Below are positions 48,649 to 62,800 of a DNA stretch of 64,000 bases, in pieces (within the stretch, counting starts at the first letter, position 1; every line of letters starts with the position of its first letter). The stretch is taken from positions 44,394,001 to 44,458,000 of the forward strand of contig OZ076409.1 of assembly GCA_964187785.1 (NCBI GenBank), in the 5' to 3' direction. The notes beneath the pieces are model-generated. The model did not search any database, was not told where the DNA came from, and saw nothing but the letters and a program-made list of their open reading frames with translations. Position numbers and translations under genes: made by a program. Origin of the DNA: Amphiscolops sp. MND2022 (taxonomy: Eukaryota).

Positions 48649-50858
48649 TTTTTAACTTCCATTTTGCTGGTGATATCAATTACTTGATCATTTGTGTTCA
48701 TCTAGTACCTTGTCAATTTTTATTGCTCTTCGTGTATTTGTTTGATATGACCCTTGCAAACTCTTAACTATTCATCTTAGGATGACGGAACTTTCTGAGT
48801 AAATTTCTATTACTTGTTTTTGTGCTGATCTGAAATTCTACCAAAAATGACTTTTAAAAGACGTAGCTTTCTTTACTTAGAAAAAGCCCATGGAAAAGAA
48901 AAAGCACACGAAAACTAACATCGGCGAGTTTTCAGTGGAAATTCATTTGGAAAAAAAACATTGATATCCTAGGTTGAAATCCTACAATTAAATTCAACAA
49001 GTCATGAACGACCCAAGTCGGCGCTCGGCTCAAGGTTCAAAAAAGAGGCAAGTTTTTTTATATATGCAAAAGAACACAATTATGAAAATTTTATCAAATT
49101 TACAACGGCAAAAATACTCGAAGTGATACCCACAAAACTCCTTTTTCCCCAACTCGAAACATCCAAAAACCCAAAGTTTCCATTTTTTTTTCGGAAGTGT
49201 GTGTCGAAAAAGGAGCTTTCAACTCGCACAACTACTTTTTTCCAAGCAGAAATCAGTTACGAAAGAAAGGGGTACCCTTTAACCAAATGAAAGTTTTTTT
49301 CGGAAAAAAGTCGCAGAGTTGAAAAACCGTTGAGAAAACTCTAGTTCCACAGGATCAAAAACTACCAAACAGGCCACCTTCAAGACTCTGGAAAACTATT
49401 TTCTATTTTCCTTTACAGAAATTCTCAAAAATGTGAAACTTTTCGAAGTTTTTTCAATTTTATTAATACTTCGGTAAACTGCACAGTGCCGAAAAGCCAG
49501 AAGTGGCCATCTATATTAGCAAAACGCTTTGTTTCTGCTGAAAATCAAGGGAGGGGGTTCAGGTTTGACAAAAACAAACGTCGCATAGTGCCGAAAAATC
49601 TCAAATGAGGCCCTTTGGTCTCCCCTCTACTTTTGCAAGCATTAAAAAGTCATTCAGTTCAGTTCGAGACTCGAACCCACGAACTTCTGCTTCCCAGACA
49701 TTAAAAAATCCGCGTAAACTTTAGGCCAAGCGGCACTTAGTTGTAAATACGTTACAGCTCAGTGGTGGTAGCTCATATTGCATATAGAAATATGTCAGTT
49801 CGCTGGCCTTTAAAAAAGCCACTGCTATAGTCAGGTCTTCTCTTCGAGAAGCGCCGACTAAAAAGACGCTGTACAACAAAGTACAGAAGTACGCTAAGTA
49901 CAGTAGTTTTTAAAAATTTTAATCTGTAATTGCTTTAACTTTTTGTCGGTGCTTTTCAGAAAAGAGCGACTATAGTCATGGCTTTTCGTCAGTTTTTTTC
50001 GATATCCCTGAACTGTCCAATAGTTCTACCAAAAGATCTCCAATTTTACAAAGTCAGTCAGTCAGTTGGCCTAGTAGTCAGCGCGGATTTCCCGCGGTCT
50101 AAGAAGCAGGGCGCACTGGACCAAGAAACTTGTTTGCAAAAGTAGGGGGAAAACCAAAGGATCTCCCCTTCAGAATTTTTTCCTGCACTATGCGACTTTC
50201 CTTCGGACCTCTTTCGCTTTTCAGCAGCAACAACGTTTTGCGGGCGTAGATGGAGACTTTCAGTTTTTTCGGCACTATACAATTTACAGCGTTAAAACAA
50301 TTGGAAAATGATTTTCCTGAAATATTTTTCCACAATTTCTGTTTTCTCCAAAAGAAATATGTTTCCCGACTCTTGAGGTGTTTCCTGACCTCTGTTACTT
50401 TTTGATGAGTTTTTTAACGATTGTGGAAAATAACCAGCTTTTTCGTCTCAGCGTGTTTCCGGAACTTTCATTTGTCGAAGGGTACCCCTCGCTTTCATAG
50501 CTGACTTCGGCTTGAAAAACAAGTTTTTTGAGCTGAAACCTTTTTCGGCAGTATGAGACTTTTCTGAAAAAACGCCCAAAAATTTCAAATGTTTTTTTTT
50601 TGTATGTTTCTAGTTAGGGCAAATGTGGTTTCGGAGACTTATGCAAATCCCTTGGGGTATTTTCTGGCACTGAGAAACTGCAAAAAGCTGAAAGTTGTGT
50701 CTTTTGCATATAGAAAAAAGTTTGAGCGGGGCGCCGAATACGACCGGTCCTGGCTTGTTTCCGTATTCAAATCGATCAATTTTCCTTAACTGGCTAACCC
50801 GTCTCTTTACAACGGAGTCATCGAAATATCTGTTTGAGCCATATTAATACACCAATTG

Positions 50859-51280
50859 TTAGTCGGCGCTTCATGATGTGAAACGCGACTATTATAGTGT
50901 CTTTTTTTCTTTTTTTTTTTCAATCCACACGAACTGACTAAAATAGTTCCTAAAAGTTCTACCAAATACTATGGTGTCAAATTGCTCCATTTGGCCAAGC
51001 AAACTGAACCAAAACGTTTTTTTCCTGTTTTCCCGCGAAACATATCATACCGGGCGAGACCAAAGATTCCCCCTTTCAATTTTTTTCGGCACTGCTAGAC
51101 TTTTTCCGGAAAGTTTTTTTCCCCAAAGGGTCCCCCTTTTCAGTTTTTTGGCATTGTGAGACTTTTCGGAAATTTGTTTTTTCTCCAAAGGGTCCCCCTT
51201 CAACTGCGACAAAAGTGTTGACAATTTCGGAAGTGTCCCCCCTTTTATATGGCGCCGACTTGGGCCGGTCCCGGCTTGTT
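50859..51280 (+). mobile_element. DINE/HINE-like element, complete short copy
   Basis: 5' TTAGTCGGCGC...GCGACTA and 3' GGCGCCGACT TGG GCCGGTCCCGGC TTGTT. Internal AAAGGGTCCCC repeats. Confidence 0.72.
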
Positions 51281-51538
51281 CTTTAAATGAAGAGCATTTC
51301 AAATTGGTTGATTACCGAAGCGGCGTTGACAGCCAGTTAGAAAGCAATTCAGTATCAAATTAAGTGAGGCAAGTTAGATTTCACGTGAAACTAAAGAAGA
51401 GTCAACAACCTATCAGAAACCAATCAAAATTTTAGTCAACTCAATCTCAGTTTGAAATGAATAGAGAATCAGTGAGAGAAGAGTTTCTAATGCGGTTTCA
51501 ATAGCACGTTACTTCGATTGCTCGTTGGAACGATCGGT

Positions 51539-54500
51539 GATTCCGCATTATCACAGCGGTAAATTGAAACATTGTCAACTGCTGAACCGTTGCATTCGTA
51601 TTTCTAAGTAATCGTTCGACGGCGGAGTTCGCAATGAGAGTTCACTTGAAATGATATTATTCCACACAATGCTGAATTTTGAAGCGGTGTAAAGAGAAAC
51701 GGCGAAAACAAGTGCAGAACAGCATAAGGTACTTTTTTGTCATCGAAATATCAACATGAGTGTTCTCTCTCAGCCTATAGTCTAACTCTTAGCAACTATG
51801 GACACTTTTAGTAGCAGAGCTCCTAGTGATACGAAGAACACATTCACTCACATCTTCGCCTCCGTTTCAATATGATTGCTTAAAATTGCTGGCTTTCCAA
51901 GCGAAAAGCACAGGGTGCAAGATTTAAACACTTTTGCGATAAAAACCACTTTAGAACGTTCGAAAAACTATGTAAGATTTTTGGTTTTCAGTAGCGTTAA
52001 CTATTAGTTGCGAATAGCTCCACTACAACTCAATTAAACCCGTAGGTACCATGCACGAGACAAGAACTGGCTTAATACCTACATAACTTTTTTTATCAAC
52101 TTCGAAGGCAAAGAAGAATCAATACAATCTAAGACGGTGGGGTTAAGTGTGACAAGGAAATCGTCTCACTACTCTTAAGCTGTTTTGGGATGTCCTTTGA
52201 AGATTGAAAGCAGCGGTTTTGGACATCAATTAATACACAAAATAGTATGAGACGATTATTAGACACAAACAAAATTTCACAACCACAAAAAATAGAATGT
52301 ACTATGAGATAACATCGATAAAGACGTTGAATATTACGGCTAATATTAGAAGGCATTTAACACAAACTATGAATAAACAAGAGTTGCAGTCATGTGTTGA
52401 TGTTGGCTATCCGTGAGGACAGGGTGTTATATCTGCAAGATATCAAATAAAGCAACTCACCGCACTCCTCTATCGGTCTTGGAGTGAAAGCGATCAGTGA
52501 ATTCGAGGGCACTGAACCCGTATTATTTCACGAGACGATAGGCCAACAGACCACCCTGCTGCCGGGTCAAAATTCGTTCTAAGGGATGGAGGTTCAGCAA
52601 AATGATAGGCAACTTCTACAAGAAGGCACGGATGTCACGGTAAATCGAAGCAATTCTGCAGTCTTGGTAATCCGGTGCCTGATGCGGAACGTAAAAACTC
52701 CGTGAAAACTGCAAACCGGCTTCTAGAGATTGACTCACTTTGTGCGCTTTCGTCATGGTGTTTCCTTCTGCCAAAGTTACCTTTTCGGCAGTTTAGTCAT
52801 TTTAGTAATCGTATTTCGTCATCATTCGTTTTTTGGTGCCTGACTAAGTGTTGAGTAATACAGTTTTTCCTACTTCGGAACTGAAAGTTCATCTGACGTA
52901 CATTTTCTCATGTTTATTCAAGCCTGATTCTATCTTCTTGTCACTCATGGCTAGTAGTTTTACTTCGTTTTATATCAGATTTAAGGGGAGGGATCACTGT
53001 CTCAATTTTTCCCACTTTTGCAAACACGACTTTAACTTCGGCTTTATGATTGACATTTGCACTTTTTGTCAGGTCTCTTTTTCTCAAAGAACTCCTGACA
53101 ACTCTCTCCAGCAAAATATGGCTGAAGGAAATAATTCCCAATAGTTTACAATCACCTAGAATCCAATTTTATTTACCATCCCAAAAAGTCGAACTTCAAG
53201 TTACATACGGTAAAGGAACAAACTATAGGCCTTCGGTGAAACTATAGGTTCTTTTTCGAAATTCGGTGACCTCACCTTCAACTTTATTGGTCAATATCTC
53301 AAAACCAGGTCAGATTTCGGAAAAACGCTCCCTCTAAACGCTGTGCACTATACTTTTGTGCGACTACACTGAAAGATTCAGCTCGATATCGCCCAAAACG
53401 TGCGGAGGAGGGGTTAGCATTTTTGTAGGTCGATCTGCTTTTCAGCAAAATGAAATCACAGCTTTCAATTCTTGGGTGTTTCTGGCTTCATTCACTCAGC
53501 CACTTCAATTCAAGTGCGTTGCAAAGAGGGCAACTATCGTGCGCTTGTACGTTGAGTACTAGTCAATACCATGCAAAAACAGCTATTTTGATCTTTTTCA
53601 GGCCTTTCTCTAACGTTTGCTGGCTCAGATTTCAAAAACTACTGAATAGTTTTTTTCAAAATAACTTGGATAATTCATTCAATTTAGACTATTGGAACTT
53701 TCTCCGACAATTGTAGCGATCACACGAAATTTTTAAAGGAAAGTCTTTTTTGGAAATTTGTCAAAATTTTACGAGCATTTACTTTCAAAGCCTCCCGGCA
53801 ATAATCTTGTTGTTGCACGAGGCTCATATTTTCAACTTAAAATCTACTTTGGCTATCAAATGCTTAAAACGCGTTTTGATTTTTACTTTGCAATGAGAGA
53901 GGGGATAATTCCAGAGTGTGCGGCGGCCGTTTTCTTATTACCACGCTTTGGTGAGTTACATTCGATGCTTCTTTCGCGCACTGTGAAGCTTTCACTCTCA
54001 AACACATGTAATATTATCGTAATTTGACTTAAAATCTGCTCATAGTTAAAAATGACCTCTAGTTCAATTTCAGTGGGAAATCGTTTCTCAAAAGTCCTAT
54101 AAAGTTTACTCAACACGTAGTTGGGCCAATTAGAAAAATTTATTCTGTTTAATGTTTCATATATTCGCATTAGTTGCCAAGAAATTCGTTCCCTTTTGCT
54201 TAAAATTTTCATACATAGTTTTAGGTGGTGGCGGCGGTCGCATAGCATTAATACGTTGCGCGGTCAATTCATAGCAGCTAAGAATGCTTATTTTGGTTGT
54301 CAACGGGACTAAAAACGATATTATTGACATTAAACAATAAGGCGAGGTTTTTGAAGTACTTACTGTTATCTTTACTTTCACAGATATCACATGCGAATAA
54401 TCTACCTTGCTGAAGGTACAAATTTCAAACACACATCATAACATGATCAAAAAGTCAAAAGTCCAACAAACAAAAAACGTTTCTGAGAGTTATTTTTTCG

Positions 54501-55496
54501 CTAATGGGAATAACAAAAACTTTAAAAGTTCTTTGTAAAATAATTGCAGTCGCTGAATATGACGGGCCAAAAACAGATCTATATAACACTTTTGCACCAG
54601 TGATTGGTTTCGAAGATAGCTTCCAAAAATGATTGATATCCAGAAAATCTAGTGTTTCCGCACCCGCTTTTTCTCTGATGTGAGTCAGTTTTAGGAGGGG
54701 TACACCTTGTCTCTACACTACGCTCGTTGTACGCTGCATTTCGTCCACTGACGTTGCCGCTGACACTTATATGCTTGTAAAGACCTATGGGTTGCTATTC
54801 GGCAGTCAGTTTGGATGTTTCCGGTTTTTGAATATAAATGCTTCGGTTCTTTCACTTCAGATTTGCTAAATTCTCCGAAATCATCTGATTGTCCGCTTCT
54901 TCTATTGTTCAATTGTAAAAAATAATCCACGGTTGTAGCTATACCGGATGAATGAGGTTTGGTTCATTGAATTGGCTTCAGCCATACTTTGTATGTTGGC
55001 CAATTCAATGAATCGAACCTCATTCATCCGGTAGCTTTAAACGTTTGGGGAATTTGATTGTGCGTTCGTTCAAAGTTGGAACAATTTTCACTGTGATTAA
55101 AATAATTGTCAATTTGTTTTCCTGTGATTTTGGGAAATCGTGCACGGGCGCCTCCACTGTCAATAGCAGTTGGAGTGATCCATGATTTGGGAATGTTGTG
55201 CTGCTTGCTGCGCTCAAAGGTTCCTTCCATCAGCTGGACTAACTGTTTGGTCGCTGAACTTTTGTTCTGTCTGTGCAATTTTTGTATTCATGCACCTGTT
55301 CAAGGTCGCTTTCCGAAGTGGGCTCGAATACGTACTATGTACAAGGTTGGAAATCATTGCCAACAATTTCGACGCAAGTGTTTCGCACTGTTTGCACTAA
55401 CGTATTTCGCTTTAAGATTTCGATTAATTAGTAATACGAACGCAACGGTTCAGCGGGTGTGAATGTTTCACTTTACCGCTGTGATAATGCGGAGTC
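51539..55496. mobile_element. Unclassified ~4 kb element with ~75 bp terminal inverted repeats
   Basis: GATTCCGCATTATCACAGCGGTAAATTGAAACATT...CCGTTGCATTCGTATT at 51539 is mirrored at 55421-55496. No recognisable transposase. Confidence 0.6.
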
Positions 55497-55691
55497 GTCC
55501 ATTTTCTCACCGGGTTAAACCCATTCCATTAGTTTCAATCAATAGGAGCGCTCTTCAAAGTTAGAATTTGCAACTTGGATTTTAGGCTGATTTCGAAAGT
55601 TGTCGGCTCATCAACGACAGTTAAGTTCGCTGTTTGGGAGGATTGACCAAAATTGACCATATAGGATTCGGTCTTTTCTGATTTGCTCATT

Positions 55692-56190
55692 TTTAGTCGG
55701 CGCTTCATGAAGTGAAACGCGACTATTATAGTGACTCTTTTTTTTTCTATCCACACGAACTGACCAAAATAGTTCCTAAAAGTTCTACAAAATATTATGG
55801 TGTCAAATAGCACCATTTGGCCTAGCGAACTGGACCAAAATGGTTTTACCTGTTTTTCCGCGTAACATATCATACCGGGCGAGACCAAAGAGTCCCCCCT
55901 TTCAATTTTTTTCGGCACTGCGAGACATTTTTTTTCGGATTTTTTTTTCGAAATTTTTTTCCCTCAAAGGGTCCCCCCTGCATTTTTTTGATGTTTTGCG
56001 ACAGAATGGATGTTGGAAAATCCCAAAGGGTTCCTCCTTTCAGTTTTTTTCGGCATTGTGAGATTTTATCCCGAAAATAAAAAAAATTTTTTTCTTCAAT
56101 TTTTTCATGTTTTGCGACAGAATGGATGTTGAAAAACCTCAAAGGGTCCCCCCTTTCAGTTTTTCGGCATTGTGAGACGTTGGCGCGCCA
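55692..56190 (+). mobile_element. DINE/HINE-like element, 3'-truncated, with internal tandem units
   Basis: 5' end nearly identical to 50859-51090. Repeated CAAAGGGTCCCC / TTTTCGGCATTG / GCGACAGAATGGATGTTG units. Confidence 0.65.
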
Positions 56191-56841
56191 GGGGAAAGTT
56201 TCACAAATAGTAGATTGCCAAAAATACTCAAAAGGAGCTTCTTGTGCTGCTTTTCGGAAACGTTTTTCTCTCACTAAAATATCAAAAAAGCAGAATTAGA
56301 TATTGTATTGAAAATTCTTTTTCGAAAACAGTCACAGAGCGCTGAAGTGGAACACTTTACGCCCTTGAATCAAATTGCTTGAAAAAGTAGAAAAATCGAA
56401 GAAATATTGCATAGTGCCGATAGTGATCCTGAGGAGGGACCCTTCGGTTTCATATAGGTTCAAACATACGGTAAAATTATGGGAACTCAAAAGCAGAACG
56501 CTAAAGAAACTTCCGGTAATTTTTAGAAATCAGTAGTAAAGTATGCAAATTATTCAGTGTGAGCTCTGTGGCATCGAGGAAGGTCGGTCGCCAGAATTTG
56601 CCCCTTTGGCCACAACAGTTGACCAGGTTGATATTGCCTTGAGTTTAGTGTCGTCTTAGTTTCATTTCATATTTCACCCCTAAGCTGTCGCGGCTTGCGT
56701 CAATCGTATCCATACTTTGACACGTCTTATTCCTAACAATAAGGAATAACATCGAAGGATTTATGTCGAATTAGGTCGAATGACTACGGTCGACTTAGTA
56801 TCAAACAAATCGAACTAGTGTCGAATTAAATAGAATAAAAA

Positions 56842-59800
56842 TGTCCCAAATTTGGGGGCATATGCAGTGTATGCACGCTCGCACTCGCTATGACAACGAC
56901 CCGCTCTACTAGGATCACTTCGCAATTTCCGTTCCCACCAGGTCTTTGCTACTGCTCGACCCCGCTAAGCAAGACACCAAGATGAAATGGTCCAAGGCCC
57001 GTTGGTAGTTTATAAGACGCTAGTTTAACCCTCCAACTTGGACGGCAGGACTTCGACCTTATTATGGCACCCTGTTTCTATCAAATCATTTTCGTCATTA
57101 GGTAAAAATGGTTTTGTAGTTTTGTAAAAATGGTTAGAATTATTGCTCTGCTGCAAAAGTTAACCCTTTGTAGTGGACGAGGCATGTTATATTTCACAAG
57201 GGCAAGCATAAAATCAAGCGCAAACATGTTCATCAATCACGTATTTATTCACGTTAATTTGAATCGAAGAACCCGCTAAATCCTTGGACAAAAATCGAAG
57301 CAATGACAATGGCGGTCGGATTTGAGAAATTTGAAACACAACTGAAACTTTTATATACTATCCAAACTATGACGTTATATCTGAAGTAAATTGCGTTTTA
57401 CTAAGGAGGAGGCAGATGTTGGGATGTTGATGTAGCCCAGTACGCTATACCCGAACTTCTGAACGGTTTTCATTAAATTTAGCATTGTTCTACCTTAAGT
57501 AGCGGAAACAATTAAAATGAGTCTTGTAGCCTAATTATCCTTGTTTGGAGCTTGGAATCCCTGCGTCCCAGCTTTTAGCTGTGTGGTTTGCCATATTCGT
57601 GCCTGTTCGGAAGTATTTCACTGGTTTTAGCTAGCTTGAGCGTTAGTTTTGGCAGTTTTAGACCTTAATACCCATTTTAGAACTTATAACCCAAGTCACT
57701 CTGGAATTGGAAATTGACCTTATTCTTGGCGTTGTTTCTACGTGCTAGTTGGACGGTGGTCTTTGAAGAGTCAGGAAGATGCCCGTTACTACTAGCAATC
57801 AAAGACTAGGACCGGTTGAAAAGTATTCGTCGAAGCACCCACGGCCTCGGGACGTATTTCACTCCTGGAGACAAAATGGATCTGTGGCGATGGGCGCGCG
57901 TCCCAACCGATTTATCCATTTCTGCCCTCTAGTACCACAAATTCACTCCTCTTGTAAATATTTTCTCAACTTTCTCATCAGATATCTCTTTGTTCGACAC
58001 ACCATCTCTCCTCAACTTGGCATCATCTACAGTTATTAACTCAACGTTGCAACCAATTTTCCTTCAAAATTGACTAGTGTTGGTATGGTTCTGACTGCGT
58101 CAACAAACGTAATTCCTGTCAGTTAATTTTACCCGTTCCAACCACCACAGTGTGATTCGCGTTGAGTAATAACTTTCTCCGTTCCAACCATCTCCGGTGA
58201 TACGTGTTGGTAAATCCTTTTCCGTTCCAACCACAACCTCATTGATTCGTGTTGGCCTTCTTCTTCTCATTCCAACCGCAGACGAGTGATACGTTATGGT
58301 TTCTCTACTGTGCTATCCAGTGATTCCTGCGAGTTAAAAGACTTTGGTTCTAGCCACTTGGATGAAGTTCAAAGTTGGCAAACCTATAATACAAAACAAA
58401 ATTTTTTCTAACCGTTTAATTTTATAATACAATCTTCCCCCTTTACAAACACATTCAAGCACTTTTTTAACACTCTCACGGATATCCGAATGTTAAGATA
58501 CAAAATTCTACCCAAATATTATAAATCATTCCAAATATAATACAAAAATATGACATCCAAACTACACATAAAAATATCACCTCTCAAACTACATATAAGT
58601 GTACACTATAACTATTGACACAGAATAAATGCCTTTCGCTGATGATAGGGTAAATTTTATTAGATGTCTCTGGTTCGCTTTTGCACTTTTGCTGGTCTTG
58701 CTCTTTTCTTTGACAGATTTTAAGAACCTTCCATACCCAAATTTTTGAATTATATTGTACTTTCTTTAATATAAAGCCCTTGAAATTGTTATGCTTACAA
58801 ATCTAATACTGCCTCTTTTTGGATTACTTGGTATATATTACACCTTTTGTACATGTCTTTCATACATATCTAGTAAGTTCTTATTAATTCTTTGTACAAA
58901 ATTTATAATTTTCTTTCAAATCACCTTTGTGGATCGAAAACTCCCATATAACACTAAATCGAGTACTAACTATTTTATCTTCCAATACATATACCTTTTA
59001 CAGCAATACTACTTCTCTGAAAAACATCACAACTCATAGAACAAATCACTATGAAATAAAATAAGGCTTGGTACACCATTTCGGTTATCATCTGACCAAC
59101 GTCAAAAACGTTCTCTTACTCAAGATGTAATCCCATTTTTAAATAACATCATCTTCCAGTACACAAATCCTCTTTCCTTTGTAACAGAAGCCCATATTAT
59201 ACATACTATTCCTTTGATTCGAGAGCATTGTGACTCTTACCTATATTACATTCGAGATAAACACTAGAAATAACACAGTCGCAAACTCCTTTCCAAATCT
59301 TTTTTAATCCAGTCCATGGTATAAATACAGGAAAATTTTATAGAACAATACACCCACAAAACATAACATTATCTATTCAAGATGTTTTTATTACTTATCT
59401 CGACAAATTGATTGAATACAATGAAAATTAAGATTTACCACTATATCGCCCTTCTCACTTAAGAAGTCTCAAAGAAAAACATGATTACTCTGAAGTACCA
59501 AATCTTGAAGCAAAGATACAACGACATAACCATACTCATCATTGTTTACAACAAGATATCTCACTAATTAAACACTTCCAATACCAATCCTTTCAGAACA
59601 TTTTTCTAAATGAAGATACAAAACCACGAATCAAAATCTTTTCCTACTTCGTGTTAAAATTTTTTCGATTCAATTATCAACTACTTTGGTAACATCAAGA
59701 TTAAAACGCTTATGTCAACTTCCCCAAGTTTTAACAAAAGTTGAACTTTTACCGTTCAAAGTGAATAATAGAAATAAACATCTCCTTTCTGGAGATCTTA

Positions 59801-62800
59801 CTTCATTCAATACACAATATTGTGAACTAGTCCAATTCGACAATATTTTTATAGTAGAACATTCTGAAACATCAGATAACAGACCATACACTACTTCTAA
59901 CAACTTCTCTGAAACTTCGTTTAACGAAAATGATCGAAATATTTTACAGTCTGACCCAAATCAAAGTATTTTACAGTTCAATCCTGATGACAACACAGAC
60001 CTTTTTCAAAATCCACAACCACAACAACAAGAGAACATCACACATGATCAACAACAAAACACAACATTACGAAACCAGTCAGATTCTTCTGAGACTGATA
60101 CAATACGAAATGTATCCGAAAAATCTGATATAAATAACAAAAATTCACAAAATTTTACTACAAGTAATGATTCAAATGTATTACAAGTTCCTGTACGACA
60201 GGAAACTCAAAACACAAACGATAATTTAACTCAAGATAATACATTCACATTATCTACATCCCACATTACAGTAACTCAACCACTTCACACACAAAACAAC
60301 ATCACCTCGCAATCACGATCCACTTCCTCTTCACAATGTTCTCCTTATACTACTCCACATAATTCTCCTCAACAAGGTTCTTCTAACCCAACTGGTACGA
60401 CCAGACGACCAACCCAACCTGAAGTACAATTTCAAACAATCACTTTAACGAGACAATCAATGTTACAAACTTTATCGTATACTCCTGCTCAAAACACACA
60501 AACACAAAATGTCCAATTTAGTTTAACTATTAACACTCGTCATTCCAATACAGTACCAAATTCTATAACTTCTAGAAATCTTTCTAGACCTCCATTACAA
60601 ATCATTCCCAATAACCCACTATCGTATAGTCTTATAAATACAATCCCCAATGACACACAACACCCTTCAATCACTAATAATCAACAAAATAATAATCCTT
60701 GTTCGACATCTCATTCATCCAACATACTACCAAACCCACGATCTCAACCATCTAACCTTTCATATACAACTATAAGATCAAATCCTCAAATAATTACGTC
60801 ATTCACTCAACCTTCACAAATCCACAAAACATAGTTCCTAATCCTTCACATACACCTACTTACAATACAGTACCTCCATCTACAATACCTCAATCCACAA
60901 TTTCGACTCCAACATATATTAACTTATCTACATCCATTTCTGAACCTATCAAACTCTTTGATGGTTTCGACCAAAATTATACACCGGAAGAAAATTTACA
61001 ACATATTGAGGCACGTGTTACAATCTCACTAGGCTCACAACCTACATCTGACCATGAATATAAGTTCTGGCACGGTCGAAGAATGACTTTTATACAATGT
61101 TCTTCAAGTGGTACAGCTCTCAGTTGGTACATTCGTTTAAATGGCACCTATAAACAAGATTGGCACGCTTTTGTACAAGCATTTAAAAAACAATTCTCCT
61201 CACAGAAAAACGCTTACTATGCTCAAGTAGAACCTTTTGGTCTACTTAAAAAAGACAATGAAACAGTTCGTCATTTTGCCCCTGGAGTTCAACAATTAGT
61301 TGAGAAAAGCTGTTGCAACGAATATGCTTCACAATAAACCTAAAATGCAACGAAATCTCTACAAAAGGTCTTCCAAAAACTCTCGAGGATTTTGCTAATA
61401 AACGACAAGTGAATCACACCTCTACTGTTTTAGAACCATCTATTCCTTTTCATACACTAGTAAAATTTGTATATGCAGAAGATATAGCAAATGATAAAAT
61501 TAGAACACATGATCTTACCCTTGAAGTAAACATTATAACAAAACAACTACAGACACAAACTCTTGATATATCACAACAAGAACAACTTACGTTTACACAA
61601 CCTCGAAATTCAATTAACGAAAAAAATTCTGCATAAAAATAACTATTGCTCTTTTTGTCACAGAACAAATCATTCAATCTCCGCTTGTTTCAAAAAGCAA
61701 CGAGATGACGAAGACAAAAGAGAAGCTTATGCTAGATCAAAATGCCCTCAAAAATCATTTATACAATACTTTCGTTCTCCCTCTAATGATAAAACAAAAC
61801 GATAGGATACATGAAAAGGAAGTAGAAGTACATCACAAAAATATAATGATAAAAATTACAATTCACAAAACAGATACCGTTCTACCTCTAGAGATTATTT
61901 TAGTTATGACAAAAGCACTACTCTTCCACAATACACTCGTTCACGCTATGACAATTACAAAAGAAACTCGCGATCTGATCGCTCTCCTCAAAGATCTTCA
62001 TCCAAATCACTTTATCGACGTGACTCCCCTCACAGATATAGATCACGCTCATACTCTAGAGATAATAGTTTTACAAGATAGACATCCTCTTTTAGACCAC
62101 CTTCCAGACCAAGAGATTCTAGGTATTCTAGGTCTTGCTTAAACTCAAATACAAGAAATTAACTTAATACAATCCAATCACAAACTCAAAATGATCCATT
62201 TAATTTCGAAGTACAAATGTATCACCCAACTGAAATGGCAAAAGTTGTAACACCTACAAGCTGGTTTTACTCTTTATACAGACATACCCCATTAAATTAA
62301 ACTCAACGCAATTTTCGATCAAGATTAGAAGATTCATTGCTTTTGGATAGCAGTTCTACCATTTCTGTATTAAACTACCCCACCTATGTTACTATTGCAA
62401 AATTTTTTATAATAAACAAACTAATACACTCAACTCTTCGAAAACTTTAACTGTTGCAAATTAGACAGAAGTTCCTATTTTACACTATGTTACCATAACC
62501 TTAAATACAACAATAGAAGACGATTCTCGTCAATTTATCATACCTTTTGCAGTTGCTGACATAAAATGTATAACATTCTTGATACACCTTTCTTTGAAGA
62601 ATTTATTCAAAAAATAAACATCCAACAGTTTACTTTACAATTCAAACACCAATCTCCTGTACGCGCAACCTTTACAAAATTTACATCACTCTTATCCAAA
62701 GACTACCCATATTTCTCATATATATACAGAATGAGTTCTAAAACACAAAAACGTCTGAAACCTAACTCTTCCAAGATTGCGCGTTTTCCTATAAAACATT

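Larger units (their letters stand above)
41388..50791 (+). repeat. Tandem segmental duplication, two ~4.7 kb units (41388-46087, 46088-50791)
   Basis: ORFs repeat at +4702. Only a few differences seen (e.g. 45574 C vs T, 44690 G vs A, homopolymer lengths). Confidence 0.97.
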
